Positions 8,434 to 18,392 of a stretch of 64,000 nucleotides of DNA are shown here, piece after piece. The position numbers were made by a program, and so were the translations under genes. The number at the start of each line of letters is the position of its first letter. Positions within the stretch are counted from its first letter, which is position 1. The stretch is from assembly GCA_903880015.1 (NCBI GenBank), contig CAIRNS010000029.1, positions 5,378-69,377 on the forward strand. The letters run 5' to 3'. This stretch comes from an uncultured Elusimicrobia bacterium (GTDB lineage: Bacteria > Elusimicrobiota > Endomicrobiia > Endomicrobiales > CAIRNS01). The notes under the pieces are model-generated. The model did not search any database, was not told the origin of the DNA, and saw nothing but the letters and a program-made list of their open reading frames with translations.

Positions 8434-10182
8434 TCAAAGCGGTTTTAATGATTCTGCTTCTATCGCTTTTTGTTGGATGATAAATTCAGTAATGAGCGGG
8501 GTGCCGTGGTCTTTGCCGTCAGGGGAACGAACCGCGACCGTGCCGGCGGCTACTTCTTTATCGCCAATAATAAGCATATAGGGTACTTTTTGGAGTGTGG
8601 CTTCTCGGATCTTCAGTCCGATTTTCTGGTTACGGTCGTCGAATTCTGCGCGGAATCCCGCAGCACGGAGCTTTTCAAGGACTTCTCTGCCATATGCTGC
8701 CTGATTATCCGTGATGTTCATAACGATAAACTGTACGGGCGCCAGCCAAAGCGGGAATAGACCGGCATAATGCTCTATGAGTACGCCGAAGAACCGTTCG
8801 AGCGAGCCCATCAGCGCACGATGAATCATGTATGGGCGAACTTTTTTCCCTTCGCTGTCAACATAGGTCATATTGAAGCGTTCAGGAAGATTAAAATCAA
8901 ACTGTATGGTCGAACACTGCCATTCACGATTCAAAGCATCTTTGATCTTGATGTCTATTTTGGGGCCGTAGAAGGCACCGCCGCCCTCATCAAGAGTGCA
9001 GTCCAGTCCTTCAGCCTTTACCGCTGCTTCAAGGGCTTTTATGGCATCATTCCATTGGGCTTCATCACCGACAGATTTCTCTTTTGGTTTGGTTGCCAGA
9101 TAGACCGCAAATTCTTTAAACCCGAACGCACCAAGCATTTTCAGGCAAAAACGAAGCACCCTGCTTATTTCCTCGGGCATCTGGTCCGGACGGCAGATTA
9201 TATGTGCATCATCCTGAGTGAAACCGCGAACCCGCATTAACCCGTGCAATACCCCGCTCTTTTCATACCGGTACACCGTACCCAGTTCCGCCCAGCGCAG
9301 CGGAAGTTCGCGGTATGAGTACAGAGAATTTTTGTACATCATGATATGGAACGGGCAATTCATCGGTTTAACAAAATAATCCTGCCCATCAACATCCATT
9401 GCAGCGTACATGTTTTCTTTGTAAAAATCCAAATGTCCGCTGGTTGCCCACAGATCGCCCCTGCCAACATGCGGTGAAAAAACGATATCATAGCCATTGG
9501 CGACATGCTGGGCGCGCCAAAAATCTTCAATTTTAAGACGAATACGCGCGCCTTTGGGATGCCAGAGAATAAGACCGGGGCCGACTTCTTCCGCGGTAGA
9601 ATAAAGATCGAGTTCTCTGCCGAGTTTTCGATGGTCGCGTTTCTTTGCTTCTTCAATGCGCACCAGATACGCTTCAAGGTCTTCCTTCGTATAAAAAGCT
9701 GTCCCGTAAATACGCTGAAGCATTTCACGATTTTCGTCGCCGCGCCAGTACGCACCAGCAACAGAAAGAAGTTTAAAATGTTTTATCTCGCTGGAATAGC
9801 GAACATGGGGCCCCCGGCAAAGATCAACAAAGGGGCCTGACTGGTAATAAGTGACTGTTTGATCAACTATACCGTTTATTAATTCAACTTTATATTTTTC
9901 CCCTTTTGCGACAAAATCAGCTATTGCTTTATCCTTGGGGATTTCAGTGCACAGAAAAGGATGATTGCCCTTGGCAATCTCTTTCATCTTCTTTTCAATT
10001 GTTATCAGATCTTCGGGGGTAAAAGGGGTTGGGCGGTCGAAATCGTAATAGAATCCATCTTCTATAGAGGGCCCAATGGCAACCTTTGTTTCCGGGAACA
10101 GCTCAACAACGGCCGCGGCCATCAGATGGGCGGCAGAGTGACGCAGGACAGCAATATCTTTTTCTTTTACTTCGTTGACCAC
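8434..10182 (-). CDS. thrS: Threonine--tRNA ligase (short form lacking the N-terminal TGS domain)
   Basis: RHSAAHLMA, DLCRGPH, GAYWRG, RDHRKLG, KPMNCPFH, RVRGFTQDDAH and GAFYGPKID motifs. Confidence 0.98.
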   Translation of the reverse strand: MVNEVKEKDIAVLRHSAAHLMAAAVVELFPETKVAIGPSIEDGFYYDFDRPTPFTPEDLITIEKKMKEIAKGNHPFLCTEIPKDKAIADFVAKGEKYKVELINGIVDQTVTYYQSGPFVDLCRGPHVRYSSEIKHFKLLSVAGAYWRGDENREMLQRIYGTAFYTKEDLEAYLVRIEEAKKRDHRKLGRELDLYSTAEEVGPGLILWHPKGARIRLKIEDFWRAQHVANGYDIVFSPHVGRGDLWATSGHLDFYKENMYAAMDVDGQDYFVKPMNCPFHIMMYKNSLYSYRELPLRWAELGTVYRYEKSGVLHGLMRVRGFTQDDAHIICRPDQMPEEISRVLRFCLKMLGAFGFKEFAVYLATKPKEKSVGDEAQWNDAIKALEAAVKAEGLDCTLDEGGGAFYGPKIDIKIKDALNREWQCSTIQFDFNLPERFNMTYVDSEGKKVRPYMIHRALMGSLERFFGVLIEHYAGLFPLWLAPVQFIVMNITDNQAAYGREVLEKLRAAGFRAEFDDRNQKIGLKIREATLQKVPYMLIIGDKEVAAGTVAVRSPDGKDHGTPLITEFIIQQKAIEAESLKPL

Positions 10183-10194
10183 GGAATTTCTCCT

Positions 10195-10223
10195 AAAAAA
10201 ATCCCCTTCCGCTGGGGAAAGGG
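10195..10223 (-). terminator. Intrinsic terminator after tRNA-Val, directly before the thrS RBS
   Basis: CCCUUUCC-CCAGC-GGAAGGGG stem (one G-U pair) followed by A-U7, then AGGAG. Confidence 0.7.
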
Positions 10224-10251
10224 CAAGTACTAACCGTCATCACGACATATA

Positions 10252-10328
10252 TGGTGCCCGATACAGGATTCGAACCTGTGACCCCTTCCATGTCAAGGAA
10301 GTACTCTAACCAACTGAGCTAACCGGGC
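10252..10328 (-). tRNA. tRNA-Val(GAC)
   Basis: Cloverleaf GCCCGGT...; anticodon arm CTTCC-TTGACAT-GGAAG; T-loop GTTCGAATC; encoded CCA. Confidence 0.97.
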
Positions 10329-10357
10329 ATTAAAGAACGAATATATTTGCAAACAAG

Positions 10358-10430
10358 AGGTGCGGGTCGGATTTGAACCGACGAATAGCGGTTTTGCAGA
10401 CCGCTCCCTTAACCACTTGGGTACCGCACC
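10358..10430 (-). tRNA. tRNA-Cys(GCA)
   Basis: GGTGCGG acceptor stem; anticodon arm GCGGT-CTGCAAA-ACCGC; T-loop GTTCAAATC; U73; CCA not encoded. Confidence 0.96.
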
Positions 10431-10695
10431 GATAAGAGTGGTTATTAAACATTATTTGCCAGTAATCTGTCAAGGGAAATATTGTAAACATGAAGGAATT
10501 ATTCATCTTGATATTCCTTATTACTGCCAATAATTAGAGCACATAATGGCAATCAGTTGTACAATGATCTTCAGATATTCTATAGACTTAATTGAGGAAT
10601 CCATAATTGCATGGTGTTTGTAAAATAAATTCCCTGGCATCTGGAAAATCTCCAAATATCAGGGAATGTTTAGTACAACAAAGCTTAATAACTCA

Positions 10696-11061
10696 CTATT
10701 CTAACACTTTTTTTATTTTCAGAAGGATATCGTCCATTTTGAACGGTTTTTTGCAAAAATCTTTGGCTTCCATGTTACCCACCATTCGCGCAGCTTCTTC
10801 TTGGGAATATGAACTTACAAATATGATGGGTATAGTCGAGGTTTGTACTGATAATGAAATATTTTTAAAAGCAGTAATGCCGCCACCGCCCGGCATCTTT
10901 AAATCCAAAATAATGAGATCAGGATGAAAATCATGAGCTTGTTTGACACCTTGATAGGCATCGTGTGCTACTACAACTTCATAACCGTGTGAAATAAGCT
11001 CTATTGTTAGTACTTGTGCCAATGGGATATCATCGTCGACAATAAGGATTTTCTGAGACAC
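10696..11061 (-). CDS. Single-domain response regulator (CheY-like receiver)
   Basis: KILIVDDD, PDLIILDLKMP, FVSS and KKPF; GTG start after GGAGG. Confidence 0.93.
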   Translation of the reverse strand: MSQKILIVDDDIPLAQVLTIELISHGYEVVVAHDAYQGVKQAHDFHPDLIILDLKMPGGGGITAFKNISLSVQTSTIPIIFVSSYSQEEAARMVGNMEAKDFCKKPFKMDDILLKIKKVLE

Positions 11062-11128
11062 ATGTACCTCCATGAAGAACATTGCTCATGGTTTTGACAA
11101 TGCATTTCAAAAAGATAATATTAAAAGT

Positions 11129-11497
11129 TTATTTTTTTAGAACATTATTAATTTTCAGAAGAATATCATCCATTTTGAACGGCTTCGTGAAAAAATCTTT
11201 TGCCCCCATGCCCATCACATTTCGCCTTACTTCTTCAGTATCGTAGGCAGTGATAAAAATAACAGGGATACTTGCGGTATTTGCTGATATTGAAAGATTT
11301 TTGAAAGTAGTTATTCCGCCGCCGCCGGGAAGCATTATATCCAAAATTATAAGATCTGGGGACTCATCATGAGCAAGCTTTATCCCCTGAAAAGCATCAT
11401 GGGCCACAACAACATCATACTCGTGCTCATTTAGCCGTTCTTTCAATAAATTAGCTATGTTAACATCATCATCAATGATAAGAATTTTCTGAGCCAA
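11129..11497 (-). CDS. Single-domain response regulator (CheY-like receiver), paralog of the adjacent gene
   Basis: KILIIDDD, PDLIILDIMLP, FITAY and TKPF; TTG start after GGAGG. Confidence 0.93.
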   Translation of the reverse strand: MAQKILIIDDDVNIANLLKERLNEHEYDVVVAHDAFQGIKLAHDESPDLIILDIMLPGGGGITTFKNLSISANTASIPVIFITAYDTEEVRRNVMGMGAKDFFTKPFKMDDILLKINNVLKK

Positions 11498-11888
11498 GAT
11501 TTGCCTCCATGGATTTAGATGTCAACGAGAAAATTATAGCATTATTAAATCAAGAATGCATACATAATTGTTTTTATAAACTGAATGCTGATTATCCATA
11601 ACAATAGAATTCGCATTAACTCTATATAAACCTTAAGACATATTGAATTTTAGATTATTATCAGAAGCATGACTAAATGAAACTATTAAATAATTGATAA
11701 ATCAATCTGTTTAATAAATATTACAATAACCAAACATGCTTTTATTGATGTAAATATTTGTTCCAACAGCAAAACATCCGGTTAAATCAACCATCAAAAG
11801 TTTTTCAAATATTTTACATCTGCTTTAGACATATTTCTCTCCTTCAGCATACTATGTAGGTGAAGGAAGCAGAAAGGGGATGATTATC

Positions 11889-12098
11889 ATGTCACTGCAA
11901 GAATTCATCAGACTAGAAACAGAGGCATTGAGCATCGTCAATGAGAAGGACAGGACCATGGCATGGAAAGCGGTTGAATGCGGTGCTATGGAGAAAGTGC
12001 GGTTGTATGCTGAGAGCGTGAACTACGAGATTGGCTTAACTGATGTTACGGACATTATTTGGACTGAACTATGCGATTATTTAACCCCAAAACGCTGA
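11889..12098 (+). CDS. Small acidic hypothetical protein
   Basis: Purine-rich SD (GAAAGGGGA) before ATG; higher GC than the AT-rich flanks; followed by a hairpin at ~12101-12131; no recognisable motif. Confidence 0.55.
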   Translation: MSLQEFIRLETEALSIVNEKDRTMAWKAVECGAMEKVRLYAESVNYEIGLTDVTDIIWTELCDYLTPKR

Positions 12099-12226
12099 AA
12101 GCGCAAAATCATATAACAAGTGATCTTGCGCTTTCCCATACTGTTGATATGCTATCTGCGCGCGCTCCGTTGCTTCTGCTTGCCTAATTCTTCCATTACG
12201 ACAACAATATGACAGCAATAACATTT

Positions 12227-13642
12227 TTATTGGATACAGTTGTTAACTATTTTTTTGCCCCACAAAATAAGGTTTTTCGTTTTTTCCTCACTCCCCGTCT
12301 CCGCATACACCCGTATCATTGGCTCAGTGCCTGAAGGGCGCAATAATAGCCATGAATCGTCACTTAACACGAACTCAATACCATCATAATCCTTGACTGC
12401 GACTACCTTTAACCCGCCAATGACCGCAGGGATGTGATTCTTTATCTCTTTGACAAAATCACTTTTCGGTATGCCGGGATTAGGGATATCCGTCCGTAAA
12501 TAGCATGAAGCTCCATATTTTTTTTCCAAATCCTTAAGCAGTCGCGAGAGCGTTTTTCCTGTTGACGCAAGCATCTCGATTATCATCAAGGAGTTTAATA
12601 TGCCGTCCCGTTCCGGGAGATAGTTTCCATAACCGTATCCTCCGCTTTCCTCTCCGCCCATGAGGACAGGCAGCTCAGGGTTCTGGTCCATTATCCGGTT
12701 TGCAATATGCTTAAATCCGACAGATACCTCTTCAAACGGAAGATTGTAATCACGGGCGATCCGTTCGCTCAAATATCCCAGCGATATTGACTGTACTACT
12801 TTTCCCCGCATCCCCTTGCATGAGCACAAATAATGCAGTAAAAGTGGGAACACCTGATGCGGTGTCAGATATCGCCCGCGGTCATCAACTACGCCGATGC
12901 GGTCTGCATCGCCGTCAGTCGCAAGCCCGGCATGTGCGCGTTGTTTTCTGACAGCTTTTTTTAAATCACCTAAAACATGGTCTATCGGTTCAGGATGCAA
13001 TCCGCCGAACAAAGGATCAGGATGTCCATGAATCTCTGTCACAATGGGCTTTGCCCGTCCAATAATGCTCTGCAGGTAGCCCATACCGGCGCCATACAGC
13101 GGGTCGGCAACGATGGATACTGAAGATTTCCGTATGAGAGGAAGGTCTACGACTGAGGAAAGTCGTTTAAAATAGGAAGAAGAAAAATCAGCAAAGCAGA
13201 TATCATTATGTACAACCGGAACAGTGGGCAGAGTTTGCTGTAAAAATTTCTCAAAACGGCCGGTGATTGCTTCCGGAGCTGAACTACCTGACGATGTTTT
13301 ATATTTGAACCCATTAAAAAAAGCTGGATTATGACTTGCCGAAATCATCACCCCGCCGAACGCGCGATGTGAAACGGTCGCTGATGAGAGGGCAGGGGTA
13401 GAGACAACTTTGTTGCTGAGTATGACCCGGCATCCGTAATGAGTTAGTGTCTCGGCAACGCTCCGGGCAAATGACCCCGAGAGAAACCGTGTATCATAAC
13501 CAACCACAATCAACGGTGATTTGGTGCAGGATAACGCATAATCTGCTACGGCAGCGGAAACGCGCCGCACATTGGCAAAAGTAAATTCTTCACCGATTAT
13601 CGCCCGCCACCCGTCAGTCCCGAATAGTATAGGCGTGCTCAT
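12227..13642 (-). CDS. Phosphoglucomutase/phosphomannomutase family protein
   Basis: FGTDGWR, ISASHNP (phosphoserine), TDGDADR (metal binding), GGEESGG and RPSGTEP. Confidence 0.95.
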   Translation of the reverse strand: MSTPILFGTDGWRAIIGEEFTFANVRRVSAAVADYALSCTKSPLIVVGYDTRFLSGSFARSVAETLTHYGCRVILSNKVVSTPALSSATVSHRAFGGVMISASHNPAFFNGFKYKTSSGSSAPEAITGRFEKFLQQTLPTVPVVHNDICFADFSSSYFKRLSSVVDLPLIRKSSVSIVADPLYGAGMGYLQSIIGRAKPIVTEIHGHPDPLFGGLHPEPIDHVLGDLKKAVRKQRAHAGLATDGDADRIGVVDDRGRYLTPHQVFPLLLHYLCSCKGMRGKVVQSISLGYLSERIARDYNLPFEEVSVGFKHIANRIMDQNPELPVLMGGEESGGYGYGNYLPERDGILNSLMIIEMLASTGKTLSRLLKDLEKKYGASCYLRTDIPNPGIPKSDFVKEIKNHIPAVIGGLKVVAVKDYDGIEFVLSDDSWLLLRPSGTEPMIRVYAETGSEEKTKNLILWGKKIVNNCIQ

Positions 13643-16305
13643 CCGAGAATCACATTGATACGGTGTTTCCCCGGAGAAAGCGGCTGTATCAGATTACCCG
13701 TAATTGATTCGCCATCAACGGATATTGAACGGACTTTCGCATTGGGCACCAGGCGAGGATTGTTAAACGCGATTTCATAATCAGCTCCGCGAAAATGAAT
13801 GGATAAAGAACATACTTTAAATTCCTGAGTTGACGGAAGACAAGGATCTATGCGCAATCCGTCAATCTCTCCCCGGACGCCGAAAAAGAAATTCTGAAAT
13901 AAGTGACGAGTCCATCCACCGGATGCCGTAAGCATCGGGTATTCGCCGCGGCAGGGATAATTGGGATTATCGGAGGAAATATAATACTCCGGTATCCACG
14001 GTCCGGTCCGCAAACGCTGTTGGGGATGATTAAGGGGATTTATGCCTGAAAAAATCTTAAATGCCTCGTCGGCACGTTTTCTTCTGAGAAGCGCCCATGC
14101 CATAAAAAGATTGGCATGGCAGAAAAGAGCGTTATTCTCTTTGGTTCCCGCGGCAAAACCCGAAATCCGGCCGACGGATTTATCAAACTTCGTATAGGGC
14201 GGATAGTTCAGTTTCAAGGCACCACCGGCAATAGCATCGGCAAGATGCGTCGTCGTTGATTTCAACACCGTCTCTACTGCGCCGATACGGTCAGCAGCTT
14301 CAGAAAGCAGAGACCATGTCTGAGGCATAAGCATCATGACAAAATCATCACTTGTGGGGTTTTTCTTTTTTGTCCCCCGTGGTTTGAAAATACTATCAAC
14401 AGGTCTACCATCAGCGTGGAAATATGCAGTGTAATATTCACCGTTCCACGCCACTTCATTGACCCGCTCTATGGTAACTTTTGCTTTGGCGCGCAAGTCA
14501 GCGACGATATCCTTGATGGGTACTTTCTTTATTCTGCCGGAAATTTCGGCGTTTACATGGTCAAGGAAAGTTCTCAGCTTGAATTGCTTGTACTCAACGG
14601 GGAAATTTGCAATCGGTTCCTCGCTCCAGTCCTCAATTAGTTCGGTCAGTTCTTCGAAAAGATCGACTGATACTGTGGCGGTCCGGCGAGCGAATTCTTC
14701 AAGGAAATTCGCCAGCTCTACGCAGTCCTGGGCAAGCCCCATCGAGAAAGTTACATTTTCCCCTTTGACCTGATCAACCGCATCATTCCAATCTGCCCTG
14801 TTCTGACGCAAAAGATTCATACTGCCGACATCATAAAACATGGTCAACAATTGAGTCAGTAAATGTTCGAGAACCGTTCCCGTATACATCACGCCGTCTT
14901 TTGTTTTTTGGCGTTCAATACGCCCAGGTCCCCAGGCAATATCCTTGAGATCTCCACGATCCCGATAAGAGTCCTTGAAGTAGGCGATAGAATCATTGAC
15001 TAAAAAGGTGATATCGCCCAGATAATTTATCAGTAGCAGAACTGTCTGCGTTGTCCAGTAAGGATGGTCGCACCACAAACCATTGATTTCATCGCTGCCA
15101 AATTCCTTCGTCCGGGCAAAAAACCGGGTAGCGTTTGTCCCATCAAGGCGAATCCCCGCCAGCGTGTGGAGAGTGCGTTGTTTAAGTCCGTGAGGGTCGA
15201 TTATGGTTGCGGCCATCATGTCCTGCCAAAAGTCACGCCAGCCGGAAAAATCGGAGCCATAATCGAACTGAGGGTGTCCCGTGTTCCCGAACCAATAGCG
15301 CATGGAGAGCTGATAGCACCACCATGTGTTCCATAACAAACTGAAATCTTTGTCAGCTGTTGTGATCGTTATCCGCGTGGTGCGTTCTTTCCAAAACGCA
15401 ACCAATGCATTAAACGACTGCTCGGACTTAGCCCAAGTATATTCATGTATCTTCGATTCCGGTTCGCCATGATGAATCCCGTTCAAAACGACGATTTTCA
15501 CTGACTCACCCGGCTTGAGGATTATATTCTTAAACTCAATGGCACCGACAGCCTCTTTGCCATAGCACTGCATTTTTGGCGGTTGATTTTTTAAAATCGC
15601 TTCAGGGAACATCCATGAGTAGTCAGCTCCTAAAAAACTCTCCCGATCCGTATAGAACCTGTTGCCCTTTTTCCCCTTTGATGTCTCTGCGGCCATAAAA
15701 TAGCATATGTCGCTTGCTTCGGTTTTTCCCTCAACCCATTCAAGCCCGGGAAGTATTTCAATATGGTCGGTGACACGGCTGGTGTTGTATAACCGCACCA
15801 CATCACGATGATACTCCGTATATGCTCGATTTCCGCCGAAAATGGGTACCGTAGGAATAAAATCAATCGCCTGTTTCTTTGATGATGTGTTCGTGACAGT
15901 CACCATCCACACTTCCATCATTTCTTTGAGAGGAACGAACACGGTCGCCTCAACGGCAAGACCGAGTGCTTTTGATGTCGCCGAAAACCGAGCATAGCCC
16001 AACCCCATCTCAAAGGACTGTTTTGTGGTGCGGTCGTCAGAAGGAAACGGATTATTTGCAAGCCATGGATTTTCACCGGCCGGCCGCACCCATAGAAACC
16101 GGCCATTATTCTTGGGAAAGTTTTGCCCGTCAAACTCGCCAAACATCCGGGTATAATCAAATCCGCTGAACCCGCGAAGATAATTGTCGCTGATCGCAAA
16201 ATACTGCGGTCCGTTTGCCAGCATATGCACCAGCGGCTGCGGCAAAGCCCGTACATTTTTAACTACGCATTCTCCGGCATCGTTATAATCCCATAATTTG
16301 ACCAT
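13639..16305 (-). CDS. GH94 glycoside phosphorylase, laminaribiose-phosphorylase-like
   Basis: GWRDFWQD, AGIRLDGTNAT, YTGTVLEHLL, ADWND (catalytic Asp), GTKENNALFCH and YPMLTASGGW; 888 aa. Confidence 0.85.
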   Translation of the reverse strand: MVKLWDYNDAGECVVKNVRALPQPLVHMLANGPQYFAISDNYLRGFSGFDYTRMFGEFDGQNFPKNNGRFLWVRPAGENPWLANNPFPSDDRTTKQSFEMGLGYARFSATSKALGLAVEATVFVPLKEMMEVWMVTVTNTSSKKQAIDFIPTVPIFGGNRAYTEYHRDVVRLYNTSRVTDHIEILPGLEWVEGKTEASDICYFMAAETSKGKKGNRFYTDRESFLGADYSWMFPEAILKNQPPKMQCYGKEAVGAIEFKNIILKPGESVKIVVLNGIHHGEPESKIHEYTWAKSEQSFNALVAFWKERTTRITITTADKDFSLLWNTWWCYQLSMRYWFGNTGHPQFDYGSDFSGWRDFWQDMMAATIIDPHGLKQRTLHTLAGIRLDGTNATRFFARTKEFGSDEINGLWCDHPYWTTQTVLLLINYLGDITFLVNDSIAYFKDSYRDRGDLKDIAWGPGRIERQKTKDGVMYTGTVLEHLLTQLLTMFYDVGSMNLLRQNRADWNDAVDQVKGENVTFSMGLAQDCVELANFLEEFARRTATVSVDLFEELTELIEDWSEEPIANFPVEYKQFKLRTFLDHVNAEISGRIKKVPIKDIVADLRAKAKVTIERVNEVAWNGEYYTAYFHADGRPVDSIFKPRGTKKKNPTSDDFVMMLMPQTWSLLSEAADRIGAVETVLKSTTTHLADAIAGGALKLNYPPYTKFDKSVGRISGFAAGTKENNALFCHANLFMAWALLRRKRADEAFKIFSGINPLNHPQQRLRTGPWIPEYYISSDNPNYPCRGEYPMLTASGGWTRHLFQNFFFGVRGEIDGLRIDPCLPSTQEFKVCSLSIHFRGADYEIAFNNPRLVPNAKVRSISVDGESITGNLIQPLSPGKHRINVILG

Positions 16306-16351
16306 ACAGAGTGCTCCTTACTATGGAAAATATTTTTTCTTGATTTGATGG

Positions 16352-16708
16352 CTATTTATTAATGCGGTTGTAGTCGTCGTCAAGACGAACTATATCAGAT
16401 AGTTCCGGACTTGAAACCTCAATCAACCAACAGGCGATTAATGCTTCGGTCCGATGAACCGTTTTTGCAGGCACATGAACTACCTGTCCGGGTTTGATTA
16501 TTTTCGTGACAAGTCGGCGGGCATCGGTTCCTAAGGATATCTTCATACGTCCGCGAAGCAGATAAAATGATTCATCTTTGAATGTATGATATTGCAAACT
16601 CAGGCGATGCCCCTTCTTAATAAAGATCATCTTGCCTGCATAACGCTTTGTAGCGGCGAACAGATGTTCTTCACCCCACGGTTTTTTGGTTATCTTAATT
16701 TTAGACAT
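16352..16708 (-). CDS. Cupin-domain protein (mannose-6-phosphate isomerase type II C-terminal-like)
   Basis: KPWG, LSLQYH..KDE, PAKTVHR and EVSSPELSDIVRLDDDY; SD GGAG before ATG 16708. Confidence 0.85.
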   Translation of the reverse strand: MSKIKITKKPWGEEHLFAATKRYAGKMIFIKKGHRLSLQYHTFKDESFYLLRGRMKISLGTDARRLVTKIIKPGQVVHVPAKTVHRTEALIACWLIEVSSPELSDIVRLDDDYNRINK

Positions 16709-16803
16709 AGTATCTCCGCCAGAGTTGGTGTAGTGACGATGAATTATATAAAAATGGGGGCGATTTGACAAGGAAGGCAGGTTTTGGCTACAATGTCGAT
16801 GCT

Positions 16804-17298
16804 ATGGTGATTAAAACAAAAAAAATAATCAGACCTGACTGGGACCAATATTTTATGAAATTGGCGTTTCTGGTTGCTGAACGCTCAACATGCCGCCGTC
16901 ATCATGTCGGGGCTGTCATTGTGCGCAACAAACGCATCCTGACTACGGGGTACAACGGCGCGGCGGCGGGAACCGTCGATTGCCTCAAACTGGGATGTCT
17001 TCGCGAACAACTGGGAATCCCCTCAGGAACGCGCCATGAAATCTGCCGCGCGATCCATGCCGAGCAGAACGCCATCATTCAAGCAGGACTGCACGGCATC
17101 ACCATCAAGGATTCCACCATTTACTGTACACATTCCCCCTGCATACTTTGCGCAAAAATGCTGGTTAATGCGGGCATGCAAAAGTTTGTTATGTGTATTG
17201 ATTACCCCGACGAATCTTTTAAAGCGTTGTTTGATGAAGCGGGCATTACCTACCAGAAAACATCCATGCCGGACCTATCAATATCCATCCTCAAATAA
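16804..17298 (+). CDS. dCMP deaminase (ComEB/deoxycytidylate deaminase family)
   Basis: RPDWDQYFM, RSTC.R..VGAV, TGYNG, HAEQNA and PC..C zinc motifs; TTGACA-18 nt-TACAAT promoter just upstream. Confidence 0.93.
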   Translation: MVIKTKKIIRPDWDQYFMKLAFLVAERSTCRRHHVGAVIVRNKRILTTGYNGAAAGTVDCLKLGCLREQLGIPSGTRHEICRAIHAEQNAIIQAGLHGITIKDSTIYCTHSPCILCAKMLVNAGMQKFVMCIDYPDESFKALFDEAGITYQKTSMPDLSISILK

Positions 17299-17326
17299 AC
17301 ACCTGCCGCACAACAACCGAATTCAC

Positions 17327-18373
17327 TCAGGGAACCAATTGCGCATCAACGCTATACGCCGCCGTTTTATCAATAATCAGCTTAAAAGATGTCAACTTTT
17401 CAATGCGTTTAGCCAGGTCAACGGCAGAACCTTTTTTCATAGCAACATCCACAATAGCCCGGCCGTTCTCATACGAGCGTACCCGGCAATCCCTCACTTC
17501 AATGAGAGCACGGATCGAGCGGTTCATATCGTTGAGAGTGTTAATACTGGTCACCTTATCAATGGACAGCCGAACAGTAGATCGTTCTCTTAAAAATGTT
17601 ATAACCGTTTTTGGCAAAGTTCTGCCGGTCTTTTGCGCTGCTGTAACGATGGCTGCCTTTGCGGCTGCAGGTCTATTAGCGTCAACTCCTCCCACGGTCT
17701 CTTGAACTGTGGTAATAACATCCTGCGACTCAGCCATGCGCGCCGAGAGAGTTATGTTCGCCCTGTAGGAAATCAGCCCGCCGAGCCCTTGGTCGGTATT
17801 GAAAGAACTCTCAGCCCGCCCGGTAACCTGAATATCCGATGGGGTTGAATCGGCGACCACAAACCCCTCGTCCATGAACCCTTTCTTCAATACATCAGCG
17901 GTATAGTGAGCGGAAGAAGGCAATCCATCGACAGTTTCGTCAACGACAATGGTAACGATGGGATTTCCCAGTTTTTTTGGTTCAAGATCAAGCGCCTGGA
18001 TTTTCTTTGCAAGATCCTCTTTGCGAACTAGCGCTTTAATGGTAACTCGGGAAAAATCGCCCTCGCGCCATTGTTTTACAATATCGTATCGTTCGACATA
18101 TCCCTCTGTTTGTGAAGTGATATTGTCTTCAATGAGCATCGCCTTTGAAACCAGCGCCTCTTGAGAAACATAGACACCAATGACCAATCCCAACGCATTC
18201 TTTAAAGCGTCATGAACAGCGGCGGTATGGGCCCCGACGGTATCATTGTTGACTATAGGAGACATCCCGTCAGCAATAACGACCTCACTTGTCGCCGTTG
18301 CCTTCATAGCAACTTTCCCCGATGCACAGGCGCATAGCACACCGGCAAGCAAGACCAGAAATAGTGGTTTCAT
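17327..18373 (-). CDS. Lipoprotein with FlgT N-terminal-like domain
   Basis: Lipobox LCAC; A..AAVHDALKNAL...IGVYVSQE.LV....LIEDNI.SQTEGYV resembles the FlgT_N family. Confidence 0.7.
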   Translation of the reverse strand: MKPLFLVLLAGVLCACASGKVAMKATATSEVVIADGMSPIVNNDTVGAHTAAVHDALKNALGLVIGVYVSQEALVSKAMLIEDNITSQTEGYVERYDIVKQWREGDFSRVTIKALVRKEDLAKKIQALDLEPKKLGNPIVTIVVDETVDGLPSSAHYTADVLKKGFMDEGFVVADSTPSDIQVTGRAESSFNTDQGLGGLISYRANITLSARMAESQDVITTVQETVGGVDANRPAAAKAAIVTAAQKTGRTLPKTVITFLRERSTVRLSIDKVTSINTLNDMNRSIRALIEVRDCRVRSYENGRAIVDVAMKKGSAVDLAKRIEKLTSFKLIIDKTAAYSVDAQLVP

Positions 18374-18392
18374 AGACACATCCTTTGAGAAA

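Noticed and set aside
10183-10251. T-box riboswitch upstream of thrS (or pheS)
   Set aside because: The leader is too short and lacks specifier and T-box motifs; pheS overlaps rplT and has no leader.
10330-10530. Small ORFs over tRNA genes (10330-10530 and 27307-27495)
   Set aside because: They overlap clear tRNA cloverleaves.
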